31,837 nucleotides of DNA from a virus (taxonomy: Duplodnaviria; Heunggongvirae; Uroviricota; Caudoviricetes), in IMG/VR virus record IMGVR_UViG_2869947659_000006. One strand, written 5' to 3'. The notes beneath the pieces are model-generated. The model made no database searches and was not told where the DNA came from. It worked only from the letters and a program-made list of their open reading frames with translations. Numbering within the stretch: the stretch's first letter is position 1; each line of letters starts with the position of its first letter. Shown here piece after piece: positions 1 to 8,898 of the stretch. The position numbers were made by a program, and so were the translations under genes.

Positions 1-375
<375 letters not shown>

Positions 376-1053
376 CAAACGTATGGCGCAGAACGTGTGT
401 GAGTTGACCGCGAGGGAGCACGATAGACGTTTTTTCCATCACGGATAAAAATTGAAAATAGCAGTCTGTGAAGAAATTGAACCCATCAAGCGCCATGATC
501 TCTTCGTAAAGCTCTTTACTGATAGGGATGCTTCTGTTTTTCTTCCCCTTCGTTCTGACAAAGGTAATTCGGTATTTGGTCACCTGTGAGCGGGTAAGAT
601 TTACGGCTTCACGCTAGCGTGCGCCTGTGCTTAAGCATATCTTAACTACCAGTGCCAGAATTGGGTCCTGACGTTTGCAATCAGCCAGCAATTCAACAAT
701 CTGCTCATGGGTAAGCCATGCCATCTCTTTTTCTGCGATGGTGAATTTTCGCATGTTCTCCAGTGGGTTCGGATACGACCATTCGCCCAGACGGGATAGT
801 TCGCTAAAAACACTACTTAGATAGCTTTGCTCCAGGTTAATGGTGACCGGGCTTGCTCCTTTCTTCCATTTCTCGCTGAAGTAGATCCCGCCTGTCAGGC
901 GTTTATCTCGATAGTGGGCAAACATTTTAGAGGTGAGATCGGTTGCAAGAGGATTGCCCAGAGCGTCAACCATCAACAGCAATTTGTCATAGACATGCTG
1001 CCCAGCTGTCAGAGATTTACCATGTAGTTTGAACCATAGCTCAACCACGTCTT
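376..1053 (-). pseudogene. int: P2/186-type tyrosine integrase remnant: N-terminal ~60 codons missing, in-frame TAG at 614-616, C-terminus cut by IS911 after ...LTHVLRHTF
   Basis: ORFs 614..1069 and 284..583 are in the same frame. They align to P2/186 Int motifs (ELW..HG, NPL.NMR, ICLSTGAR, TKGKKNR.VPIS, LTHVLRHTF). The TAG sits where homologs have Trp (GAR-W). Confidence 0.85.
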
Positions 1054-1914
1054 TGAGGTGTACTGGCAATAGCGGACACTACCATTTGTTCTTTTTTGAG
1101 CAGCCATCTGATGATATTTTCCCCTGAAGGCTGCCGGGGAGATATTCCCCAGACGAGAGTGACGACGCTGACGATTGTAGAAAATCTCAATGTATTCCCG
1201 TATTACTGAGATGGCTTCATCCCGGTTATTAAAACGATAGTGGCTCAGGCTCTCATTTTTCAGCGTTCCCCAGAAGCTTTCCATCGGAGCGTTGTCGTAA
1301 CAGTTACCTTTACGCGACATTGATGTTTTCAGACCAGACTGCTCCTGTATGACCCGGTAATCGTATGCGCAGTACTGTGAACCTCGATCAGAGTGGTGGA
1401 TTAGCCCGGCAAGTGGGCGCTGGCTCCTGAGCGCCATAAACAGGGCTTTACCTGTCAGCTCTTTTGTCATGCGCTCTCCCATGGCGTAGCCGACAATTTC
1501 GCACGTATAAACATCTTTGATGCCAGCGAGGTACAACCATCCCTCCTGTGTGGCAACATACGTCAGGTCCGCCACCCAGACCTGATTTGGTGCTGTAGGA
1601 GCGAACGTCTGGTTCAGCAGATTTGGCGCAACTGGCAGATTGTGGTTCGGGTTCGTAGTCGCTCTGAACTTGCGTTTCTGCTTACAGCGTAGCCTTAGCT
1701 CCTTACGAAGACGTGCCAGTCGGTCACGACCAACGATGATGCCATTCTCTGCCAGCTCCGTCTGGAGCCGCCGGGTTCCATATGTTTCGCGAGTGCGGAT
1801 ATGTGCCACCTTAATCTCCAGTTTTAGCCGCTCATCACTTTGTTTTCTGTCTGAGGGTTCATGCTGTACCCAGTTGTAATAACCGCTCCTGGATACACCA
1901 AATACCTGACACAT
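1009..1914 (-). CDS. IS3-family transposase OrfB (DDE catalytic part; made as an OrfAB fusion by -1 frameshift). The reading frame runs ~15 codons past the IS end into flanking DNA.
   Basis: The 301-aa ORF contains HHSDRGSQY and NAPMESFWGTLK, which are typical of IS3-family OrfB. Confidence 0.8.
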   Translation of the reverse strand: MCQVFGVSRSGYYNWVQHEPSDRKQSDERLKLEIKVAHIRTRETYGTRRLQTELAENGIIVGRDRLARLRKELRLRCKQKRKFRATTNPNHNLPVAPNLLNQTFAPTAPNQVWVADLTYVATQEGWLYLAGIKDVYTCEIVGYAMGERMTKELTGKALFMALRSQRPLAGLIHHSDRGSQYCAYDYRVIQEQSGLKTSMSRKGNCYDNAPMESFWGTLKNESLSHYRFNNRDEAISVIREYIEIFYNRQRRHSRLGNISPAAFRGKYHQMAAQKRTNGSVRYCQYTSKTWLSYGSNYMVNL

Positions 1915-2316
1915 CGCTTCAATGGGAAATTGTTGTCGCCATTGTTCGATTAACGCGTATTTTTCAGCGACTCCTGTGCAAAATACGCTGTTGCTTTTTT
2001 TAATATATCTCGCTCAAGGCGAGCTTCATTTAACGCCTTACGCAGTTGCAGAATTTCAGATTCCAGTTCAGCCACCGTGCGGGAACCAGGAGTACCGAGC
2101 CCTTTTCTGGCGGCGGTAACCCATTGTCCTAAAGTGCCTTCAGGAAGGGATAATCGGGAAGCGCCTTCACTGATCGAAAGTTGATTTTCAAGAACCGTTC
2201 TGACAGCTTCGGCTTTGAACTCTTTAGAGTAACGTTGGTTTTTTCTGCTCATTATTAGCTCCTTCTGATGCCATTCTATTTCAGGAAGGAGTGTCCGTTA
2301 AACTCAGGCTACCTCA
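1054..2316 (-). mobile_element. IS3-family insertion sequence, most consistent with IS600 (about 1263 bp)
   Basis: Terminal inverted repeats TGAGGT...CGGACACT at 1054-1080 and, reverse-complemented, at 2290-2316. orfA/orfB are arranged with an A AAA AAG slippery motif (rc of 1994-2000). No matching 3-bp direct repeat flanks the ends. Confidence 0.75.
1950..2252 (-). CDS. IS3-family transposase OrfA (IS600-like)
   Basis: MSRKNQRYSKEFKAEAVRTV...; an AGGAG ribosome-binding site lies upstream on the minus strand; the slippery A6G is near the 3' end. Confidence 0.85.
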   Translation of the reverse strand: MSRKNQRYSKEFKAEAVRTVLENQLSISEGASRLSLPEGTLGQWVTAARKGLGTPGSRTVAELESEILQLRKALNEARLERDILKKATAYFAQESLKNTR

Positions 2317-2330
2317 TCGTTTTTGCTAAG

Positions 2331-2354
2331 GCCCGCCAGAACTGGCGGGCTTTT
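2331..2354 (+). terminator. Rho-independent terminator-like hairpin (GCCCGCCAG/CTGGCGGGC followed by TTTT)
   Basis: Inverted repeat at 2331-2339 and 2342-2350, then a T-run at 2351-2354. It has no upstream plus-strand gene, so it is probably an orphan from the deleted early region. Confidence 0.4.
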
Positions 2355-2417
2355 GCGTAGATCATGCAGGTGCATGAAAACCTCTACATAAAGCGGGCAG
2401 GCGTGGCGGGGATACGA

Positions 2418-2445
2418 TTGCGCGCTAGGTATAAGTGTGTAAAAT
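2418..2445 (+). promoter_or_regulatory. Candidate sigma-70 promoter for the ATPase-HNH operon (-35 TTGCGC, 16-bp spacer, -10 TAAAAT)
   Basis: Read by eye about 40 bp upstream of the ATG at 2488; GAGAGGG ribosome-binding site at 2475-2481. Confidence 0.25.
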
Positions 2446-2487
2446 AATTCCAAAATAAATCATCACTAATGAAGTGAGAGGGTAATA

Positions 2488-4137
2488 ATGTTAGTCAAGA
2501 AAAATAAAAATTATAGTTTATATTTTTTAATTACAAATAATCAACAGATATCTGATTCTGGTAATTATATAAAAATAGTCCCATCAAGAAGCGATTGGAA
2601 TGATTTTGGATATTTGAGTAGAGTCGAAATATCTATTTTTAATAAAAAAGAGTGTAAGGATATAATTTCACTGAATGGTTATATTGGTTTTTTGAATTCA
2701 GAGGAGGAACGAAATGGAAAAGCAGAACTGATAAGGCGAGTGAAGAAAAAGGAAGAATCTAATTTAAAGGATGAGGGGTTTAATGATTATTTTGTCATGC
2801 TTCAGGATATGAATAATTATCGAAGACTAGTAAGATTTTTTGGGGTGAATGAATCCAAATATATATTAAATTTCATTAATGATGTTGTTTCTAAGAAAAG
2901 TGACGCTAGTGCAGAGAATTTGAGGAAAAAAGCAATCTCTTCTGATATCTTTAATAAATCTTTCATTAGAGAGTCTGAGTCGTATTTTACTTTCAAAAAT
3001 GCAGGAACAGTTCTTTCCGGTATTCAATATGAGGAGTTGGGTAATTTATCACAGCACATCAAGATTAGCTATTCGAATAAAGTTAATGAAGAAGATGTAT
3101 CTTATGTTTTTAATTTTGATCACGAGCATGATTTACCAAAAAGAATTTCCATAATTATAGGCGAGAATGGTGTAGGAAAAAGCCAAACGCTTAGAGAAAT
3201 CGCATTGGCTGCGATTAAAGGAAAGGATAATTTGGTGGCTGTAGTTGATTCTAACGGTGTGAGCATTGAAGAACGAATTCAAATTAGTAGGCTCATTGCT
3301 TTTTCTCCAACAAATGAAAGTAAGTGTTCATTTCCAACCGATAAAAGAATAAAATCATTGATATGGTACAAAAGATTGACTTTAAATCGTGAATCAAAAT
3401 CCAAATTAAACTTGAATGATTTAATAGTGCAACTAGCGAGGAGTAACGACGCTATCGGCTATAATCAAAGGTGGAATATATTTGTTGATGCACTGAGTGT
3501 TCTAAATAGTAACAACGATTTAGTAATCAAATGTGGCGGTGAAAATTCACCATTTGTTAAATTAAATGAGCTTAATTCTCGAGGCGAAGAATCTAGACTA
3601 TCATTATATTCTGAAATTATTCTCTCTGGCGAGCCTTTGAGGCTTATTGAAAATAAATGTTACCCTTTGAGTAGTGGGGAAATATCGTTTATTAAGTTTT
3701 GTGTACAAGTCTGTTTGTATATTGAGAATGGGACTCTTCTATTAATAGATGAGCCAGAAACACATCTCCATCCTTCATTTATTAATAAATTTATGGCATT
3801 GCTTGATAATTTATTAGAAAAGACAGGCTCTTCAGCTATCATAGCAACGCATTCGGTTTATCTTGTTCGGGAGGTTTTTAAGGAGCAAGTGACAATACTC
3901 AGAAGACGAGATGATGGGGTAATTGTTAGCGAAAAACCGAGATTGAGTACTTTTGGGGCGAATATAGGAAATATCTCATATTTTGTTTTCGGTGAGAGTG
4001 AACCAACTCAAATTTTAAATAAAGTAAAAAACAATATAATTGCAAAGAATATGTCTTGGGATGATGTTGAATCTAAATATAGCGAGGACTTATCACTTAA
4101 TGTATTAACTGCGTTGAGAAATGAAATGGGCAATTGA
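2488..4137 (+). CDS. ABC-type/AAA_21-like ATPase (549 aa) with an ~210-aa N-terminal domain of unknown function; candidate defence ATPase (PtuA-like)
   Basis: Walker A GENGVGKS, signature-like LSSGE, Walker B LLLIDEPETHLHP, H-loop IIATHS. Strongly AT-rich (about 18% G+C in a hand-counted 60-nt stretch, versus about 58% in a phage structural gene). Confidence 0.8.
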   Translation: MLVKKNKNYSLYFLITNNQQISDSGNYIKIVPSRSDWNDFGYLSRVEISIFNKKECKDIISLNGYIGFLNSEEERNGKAELIRRVKKKEESNLKDEGFNDYFVMLQDMNNYRRLVRFFGVNESKYILNFINDVVSKKSDASAENLRKKAISSDIFNKSFIRESESYFTFKNAGTVLSGIQYEELGNLSQHIKISYSNKVNEEDVSYVFNFDHEHDLPKRISIIIGENGVGKSQTLREIALAAIKGKDNLVAVVDSNGVSIEERIQISRLIAFSPTNESKCSFPTDKRIKSLIWYKRLTLNRESKSKLNLNDLIVQLARSNDAIGYNQRWNIFVDALSVLNSNNDLVIKCGGENSPFVKLNELNSRGEESRLSLYSEIILSGEPLRLIENKCYPLSSGEISFIKFCVQVCLYIENGTLLLIDEPETHLHPSFINKFMALLDNLLEKTGSSAIIATHSVYLVREVFKEQVTILRRRDDGVIVSEKPRLSTFGANIGNISYFVFGESEPTQILNKVKNNIIAKNMSWDDVESKYSEDLSLNVLTALRNEMGN

Positions 4138-5002
4138 AATGAATAAATTAAAAAGACCTGTTTTTAAAGATTATTCTGCATTTAAAAAACTATCTGCAAA
4201 TAAGAGATTAAAACATCATTCTGTTCTGAATGGACAGGATACATTTATACTTAATGCATATAGATCGTACATAAAGAATAAAGGGTATCTTAATGTCAAT
4301 TCTTGTGGCGTATTGAGTAACAATATTGCTGAAGCTTTGAGATATTATTATAACAATCCCGCAAAGTGTTTATCTATAATTGATGATATAAGAGCAGCTA
4401 ATTCTAACTCTCTATGTCCAATGTGTGGTTCAATGCATAGCGGGACTTTGGATCATGTTTTACCCAAGGAAAACTATCCAGAATTTTCTTTATTCACTAA
4501 GAATTTGGTTCCTGCTTGCAAATGTAATACTTTCAAAAGTACTACTATAGCTAATTCTGCAGGCCATCGGATGCTGCATCCATATTTTGATAATATATTA
4601 AAACAAAGATTAATATGTGCTAATTTTTCTAAATTAGGGCGAACACCTACAATTGATGTAAAAATCATAATTGACCCAATGTCACCAGAATATAACAATG
4701 TTAAGTATCATCTTGATAATGTTGTTATCAAGAATAATATTAAGGGGTATTTGTCTGAACAATGGGAGTCGTTTTACTTATATCCTGAGCTTGTTATTAG
4801 AGGACTGAATAAGAGTCTTTCTACTTATAGCGATGTATATGAGTTGTTGACTCGCGAGTTGTTGCTGTTGGATGAAAAACATAAAGGTAAAAATAATTGG
4901 AATTCGGTTTTTGTAGCTGGGTTAATTCGACCTGATGTGATTAGGTGGATACTCTGTGAATTACATTTAGGTAACAGAAGTCCAGACGGTCGTCTCATAT
5001 GA
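4121..5002 (+). CDS. HNH endonuclease-family protein (293 aa); candidate nuclease partner (PtuB-like). Start could instead be the ATG at 4139.
   Basis: CPMCG...GTLDHVLPKENYP...NLVPACKCN is a CxxC...DH...N...CxCN HNH core. It overlaps the upstream ATPase stop by 17 nt and is AT-rich. Confidence 0.75.
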   Translation: MKWAIEMNKLKRPVFKDYSAFKKLSANKRLKHHSVLNGQDTFILNAYRSYIKNKGYLNVNSCGVLSNNIAEALRYYYNNPAKCLSIIDDIRAANSNSLCPMCGSMHSGTLDHVLPKENYPEFSLFTKNLVPACKCNTFKSTTIANSAGHRMLHPYFDNILKQRLICANFSKLGRTPTIDVKIIIDPMSPEYNNVKYHLDNVVIKNNIKGYLSEQWESFYLYPELVIRGLNKSLSTYSDVYELLTRELLLLDEKHKGKNNWNSVFVAGLIRPDVIRWILCELHLGNRSPDGRLI

Positions 5003-5012
5003 TTTTTTGCAT

Positions 5013-5038
5013 CTTCAGCGTGTATCTGCACGCTGAAG
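5013..5038. other. Perfect 10-bp stem / 6-nt loop hairpin between the HNH gene and the portal gene
   Basis: CTTCAGCGTG-TATCTG-CACGCTGAAG. There is a T-run before it but not after, on either strand, so it is not a canonical terminator. Confidence 0.4.
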
Positions 5039-5108
5039 AAATTCATAAAAACTGCTGGCTATTAATAAATTTTTTAGCTGTGTTAAAGAACCTCATTTAG
5101 TGATTACG

Positions 5109-6143
5109 TTAAGTAGCTAGTTTATAACTATCAAATTTAACAATGTTCTCACTTACCAATTTATTTATTTCCATCATTCTTTTTTGTAACGGTATTAACT
5201 CGTTACGTACAAACACCAGGCTCGCCTTCTCCACATCCCCAAACCCCCCGACATTATTAGGCATAATCCCCATCATTTGCGGTGGCACACGATGCGCCGC
5301 CATCATGTCATCCCGGCTCACGTTCTTGATGTTCAGAAACTCATCCTTCGCCGCGACTTCTGACAACGGGATGATCTGAAGCCCGTCCTTTTTGCCGTTA
5401 GGCGAGTACATAAACAGATTGCGGAAGTTACCTGGTCCTTTGGCGCTTTTCATCGCATTGCGGAGGTTGTTCACATCCTCCTGGTTTTGCGCGGCATCGG
5501 TCATGTACATGATGAAGCCTGCATGACTGCCGTTAATGTAATACTATCGGCGGAACAGCGTGGCGGACTCGTTGAGCAGAGCTGACGGAATGGCAGAAAG
5601 GTAACCTGGCAGGCCGTAGATCTCTTGGTTGATGTCCGGTTCCATCAGATGAAAGATGCTTCCTTTCGTGAACTGATACGGCTGCGTGGTCATGCCGTAT
5701 TGCACAAACCAGTAGGTATCCAGGTCTAATCCGCGTCGGGTGTATTTTGCCAGAGCAGGCTCAAGAGCGATGACCTCTCCGAACCGGTTTGTGCGTTTCT
5801 CCAGGTAAGCGTTACCAAATACCAGATAATCCTGCACAAAACGTGAAAAAGCCTGCTGGCTGAGCAGCGGGTGAGGGATGTAGGTACTGATCAGAATGTT
5901 GCATTTCACCGCAATTGGTGAACTGTGATGCACGGCGGCGCGGAAGGTGCGCGCCAGTCCGTCAAAACTCACTGGCGGCTCATACCAGCGATCTGTCTGT
6001 ACGCATTCCACATAGTCCAGTAGTTCACGGCGGTCCAGAACCGGAACGGGATCGCCGAAGCTGAATGCTTCGGCTGAAGTCTGGTTTTTATGCTGGGTCT
6101 GTTTCGTCGCCGCAGCGCGGTTCTTCTTACTCTTTCCCATCAA
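5109..6143 (-). pseudogene. Q: Portal protein (P2 gpQ homolog) interrupted by an in-frame TAG at 5544-5546
   Basis: ORFs 5544..6143 and 5109..5510 are in the same frame (435 nt apart). The read-through sequence is ...ATLFRR*YYINGSHAGFIMYMTDAAQ... Confidence 0.85.
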
Positions 6144-7906
6144 AAAATCTCCACAATATTGCTGGTATTGGCGGACTCGCCCTGCAGCGGTTCGTTAAAC
6201 AGTGCGTGCATTGTTGCCCAAGCCAGATCGGCATGGCTGGCTTCTTCGCTGCGGCTGGCTTCATAGGTCGGGCGGTTGCCGCTGGCGGTGGTGGCGCGAC
6301 GGATTGCCATGAATGACTGCGCAATGTCGGTGTGCCCGGCGTCAAACTCAAGACGGCGGTGGCTGATAATGTCGTAGGCCTTGAGTACCAGGGCGTTTTT
6401 AACGTTGGGGTTGTAGACAAACTCCCGGACGGCAGGAAAAAACGCTTTCACGTTCTCGTAAACCCCGTGACCAACGCCGGTTGAGTCGATGCCGATATAG
6501 GTCACGTTGTACTGTTCAGTCAGTTTTTTGATGGCGTCAGCCTGGGCGCGAAAGTCCATTCCGCGCCACTGGTGACGCTCAAGAATGCGGAACTTACCGC
6601 CTGGCACGGCTGGCGGTGCCACCGCCACGCATCCGGCGCTGTCGCCGTTCTGCGTACCTTTTGCCGGGTCATAACCGATCCACACTTCGCGCCAGCCAAA
6701 CGGGCGCAGGGCCAGTGCATGAAAGTCGGTCCAGACTTCCCAGCTGTCCACCATGCACGCCTGCAATTCGCTGAGCGGGAACACGGACGCGAGATCGTCC
6801 ACGAACTCGCACATCAGCAGGTTCTGGTATTCGTCAGGGCTGTACTCCATGCGCAACTGGTCAAGGTCGAACAGGTTACAGGCGCCGCGCACCGCATCTT
6901 CCACGGTGACTATCTGGCGGTATTGCCCGTCTGCGCACAGCAGGCCGGGGGCCAGATTGCTGTGGGACAGGTCGATGTCCACCTTGTCAGCTTTGTTGCG
7001 CCCACGGTTGAACAGCGCACCGGACCAGAACGGATAAGCACTGTGGGTCAGACTGGATGGTGTGGAAAAATAGGTCTGCCGCCATTTCTTGTGAATAGCC
7101 ATACCGGAAGCCACTTTGCGTAGCTCCTGAAATTTCGGTATCCAGAAATATTCATCCAGATACAGGTTACCGTGATAACTCTGGGCAGTGCGGGCATTGG
7201 TGCCGAGGAAATACAGTGTGGCCCCGTTGGGAAGCACCATCGGATCGCCTTTCAGCTCCACCTCCACTTCTTTGGCAAAGTCGATGATGTACTGTTTGAA
7301 GACGTGGGCCTGTGCCTTACTGGCAGAAAGGAAAATCTGGTTACGTCCGGTAAGCAGGGCGTCAATCAGGGCTTCACGGGCAAAATAGAAGGTCGCGCCG
7401 ATCTGGCGTGACTTCAGCAGGTTGCGGATGCGGTTGGTTTTTCCGGCTTCCCACCAGTGGCGCTGGTAGTTGAACATGGAGGAATGGAAAATTTTTTCCA
7501 GCTTCTCAATCTGGTCATCGGTGAAAACATTCTTTTCAGGCTGACGGCGTGGGCCTTTGTTGCGGTTGGCGACGTTAGGGTTTAAGTCGGCTTCGTTGCC
7601 GCCATTGTTAAACTTGCCGATCCGCGCGTGGCGCTCAGACTGGCGCGCCAGCAGGTCAATCTCTTTGAAATCTTTCCCTTCTTTGTGCTCCTTCATGATG
7701 AGCTGGCAGTAGCGTGCGGCGGTGGTGAGCTGCATCTGATCCAGAGGCCCATAGTCACCCCACTTGTCGTGTTTTTTCCAGCTGTGAACGGTTGCAACTT
7801 TCTCGCCCAGCATTTCAGCAATGCGGGCTACGCGGTATCCCTGAAAGTACAGCAGCATGGCCTGCCGACGGGGATCGAGATCTGCGGGTGTCAGTGTGGT
7901 GTTCAT
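6140..7906 (-). CDS. P: Terminase large (ATPase) subunit, P2 gpP homolog
   Basis: 588 aa; lies upstream of the portal gene on the same strand, as in P2; ATG at 7904-7906. Confidence 0.9.
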   Translation of the reverse strand: MNTTLTPADLDPRRQAMLLYFQGYRVARIAEMLGEKVATVHSWKKHDKWGDYGPLDQMQLTTAARYCQLIMKEHKEGKDFKEIDLLARQSERHARIGKFNNGGNEADLNPNVANRNKGPRRQPEKNVFTDDQIEKLEKIFHSSMFNYQRHWWEAGKTNRIRNLLKSRQIGATFYFAREALIDALLTGRNQIFLSASKAQAHVFKQYIIDFAKEVEVELKGDPMVLPNGATLYFLGTNARTAQSYHGNLYLDEYFWIPKFQELRKVASGMAIHKKWRQTYFSTPSSLTHSAYPFWSGALFNRGRNKADKVDIDLSHSNLAPGLLCADGQYRQIVTVEDAVRGACNLFDLDQLRMEYSPDEYQNLLMCEFVDDLASVFPLSELQACMVDSWEVWTDFHALALRPFGWREVWIGYDPAKGTQNGDSAGCVAVAPPAVPGGKFRILERHQWRGMDFRAQADAIKKLTEQYNVTYIGIDSTGVGHGVYENVKAFFPAVREFVYNPNVKNALVLKAYDIISHRRLEFDAGHTDIAQSFMAIRRATTASGNRPTYEASRSEEASHADLAWATMHALFNEPLQGESANTSNIVEIF

Positions 7907-7952
7907 GGCACAAACCTACAGCCTTGAATGAAGGCTTTCCCCGCCTGCGGTT

Positions 7953-7970
7953 TGTGTGGTTGTCGGTACA
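7953..7970. promoter_or_regulatory. Ogr-type late promoter activator site (TGT-N12-ACA) in the divergent P/O control region
   Basis: TGTgtggttgtcggtACA. P2 late promoters carry this dyad near -55. Confidence 0.45.
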
Positions 7971-8048
7971 AATACCGCGCATTGTTTCACTGCCCCTATC
8001 ACCGCAACCATAAGGCTCCAGTAAGTTTTTTCTAACGGAGCACGGCTC

Positions 8049-8882
8049 ATGACAGTGAAAGCAAAGCGTTTTCGCATAGGGGTGGAAGGTGCCACCACCG
8101 ACGGACGCGAAATCCAGCGTGAATGGCTGGAACAGATGGCAGCCAGCTATAACCCGGCGGTGTATACCGCGCTGATTAACCTTGAGCACATCAAGTCTTA
8201 TCTGCCGGACAGCACCTTTAACCGCTACGGCAAGGTGACGGCGCTGTTTGCTGAAGAAATCACGGAAGGTCCGCTGGCAGGCAAGATGGCGCTGTATGCT
8301 GACGTTGAGCCAACGGAGTCCCTGGTGGAACTGGTGAAAAAAGGCCAGAAATTATTCACCTTTATGGAAGTCAGCCCGAAGTTCGCTGATACGGGCAAAG
8401 CCTACCTGGTCGGCCTAGCTGCCACTGATGACCCTGCCAGTCTGGGCACTGAAATGCTGACATTCAGCGCCAGTGCAGCCCATAACCCGCTGGCAAACCG
8501 CAAGCAGAATCCCGCCAATCTCTTTACCGCCGCAGAGGAAACGGTGATCGAACTGGAAGAAGTCCAGGACGACAAACCGTCCCTGTTTGCCCGCGTCACG
8601 GCGCTGTTTACCAAAAAAGAGCAGTCCGATGACGCCCGGTTCTCTGATGTGCATAAGGCCGTGGAGCTGGTCGCCACTGAGCAGCAGAACCTGAGCGCAC
8701 GCACCGAAAAATCCCTGTCTGAGCAGGAAGAACGCCTGTCTGAGCTGGAGACTGCCCTGCAGGCACAGCAAACCGCCTTTAACGAACTGGTGGACAAGCT
8801 GAGTCATGAAGACAGCCGCCAGGACTACCGCCAGCGTGCAACAGGCGGTAACGCCCCCGCTGACACTCTGACCAATTGCTGA
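8049..8882 (+). CDS. O: Capsid scaffold protein, P2 gpO homolog
   Basis: 277 aa, MTVKAKRFRIGVEGATTDGREI...; GGAG ribosome-binding site. Confidence 0.9.
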   Translation: MTVKAKRFRIGVEGATTDGREIQREWLEQMAASYNPAVYTALINLEHIKSYLPDSTFNRYGKVTALFAEEITEGPLAGKMALYADVEPTESLVELVKKGQKLFTFMEVSPKFADTGKAYLVGLAATDDPASLGTEMLTFSASAAHNPLANRKQNPANLFTAAEETVIELEEVQDDKPSLFARVTALFTKKEQSDDARFSDVHKAVELVATEQQNLSARTEKSLSEQEERLSELETALQAQQTAFNELVDKLSHEDSRQDYRQRATGGNAPADTLTNC

Positions 8883-8898
8883 TGGAGCACAAAACCTG

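Noticed and set aside
2317-2487. Possible retron (non-coding RNA plus reverse transcriptase) upstream of the ATPase-HNH pair, as in retron-associated Septu
   Set aside because: There is no reverse-transcriptase ORF and only about 170 bp of spacer. Any upstream partner would have been removed by the IS-associated deletion and cannot be inferred.
3660-3842. 60-aa minus-strand ORF inside the ATPase gene, and 4474..4698 / 4825..5046 inside or after the HNH gene
   Set aside because: Short antisense ORFs within an AT-rich coding region, with no start context or motif.
2488-4137. OLD-family (ATPase-TOPRIM) nuclease, as in P2 old at this position
   Set aside because: The C-terminal ~100 aa after the H-loop are too short and lack TOPRIM acidic motifs; the nuclease here is a separate HNH protein.
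5511-5546. Apparent frameshift splitting the portal gene
   Set aside because: Both fragments are in the same frame; the lesion is a single in-frame TAG. The same applies to int and H.
7975-8048. A second Ogr dyad for the leftward P promoter
   Set aside because: Only imperfect matches (e.g. TGT-N12-ATC) were found; not reported as a feature.
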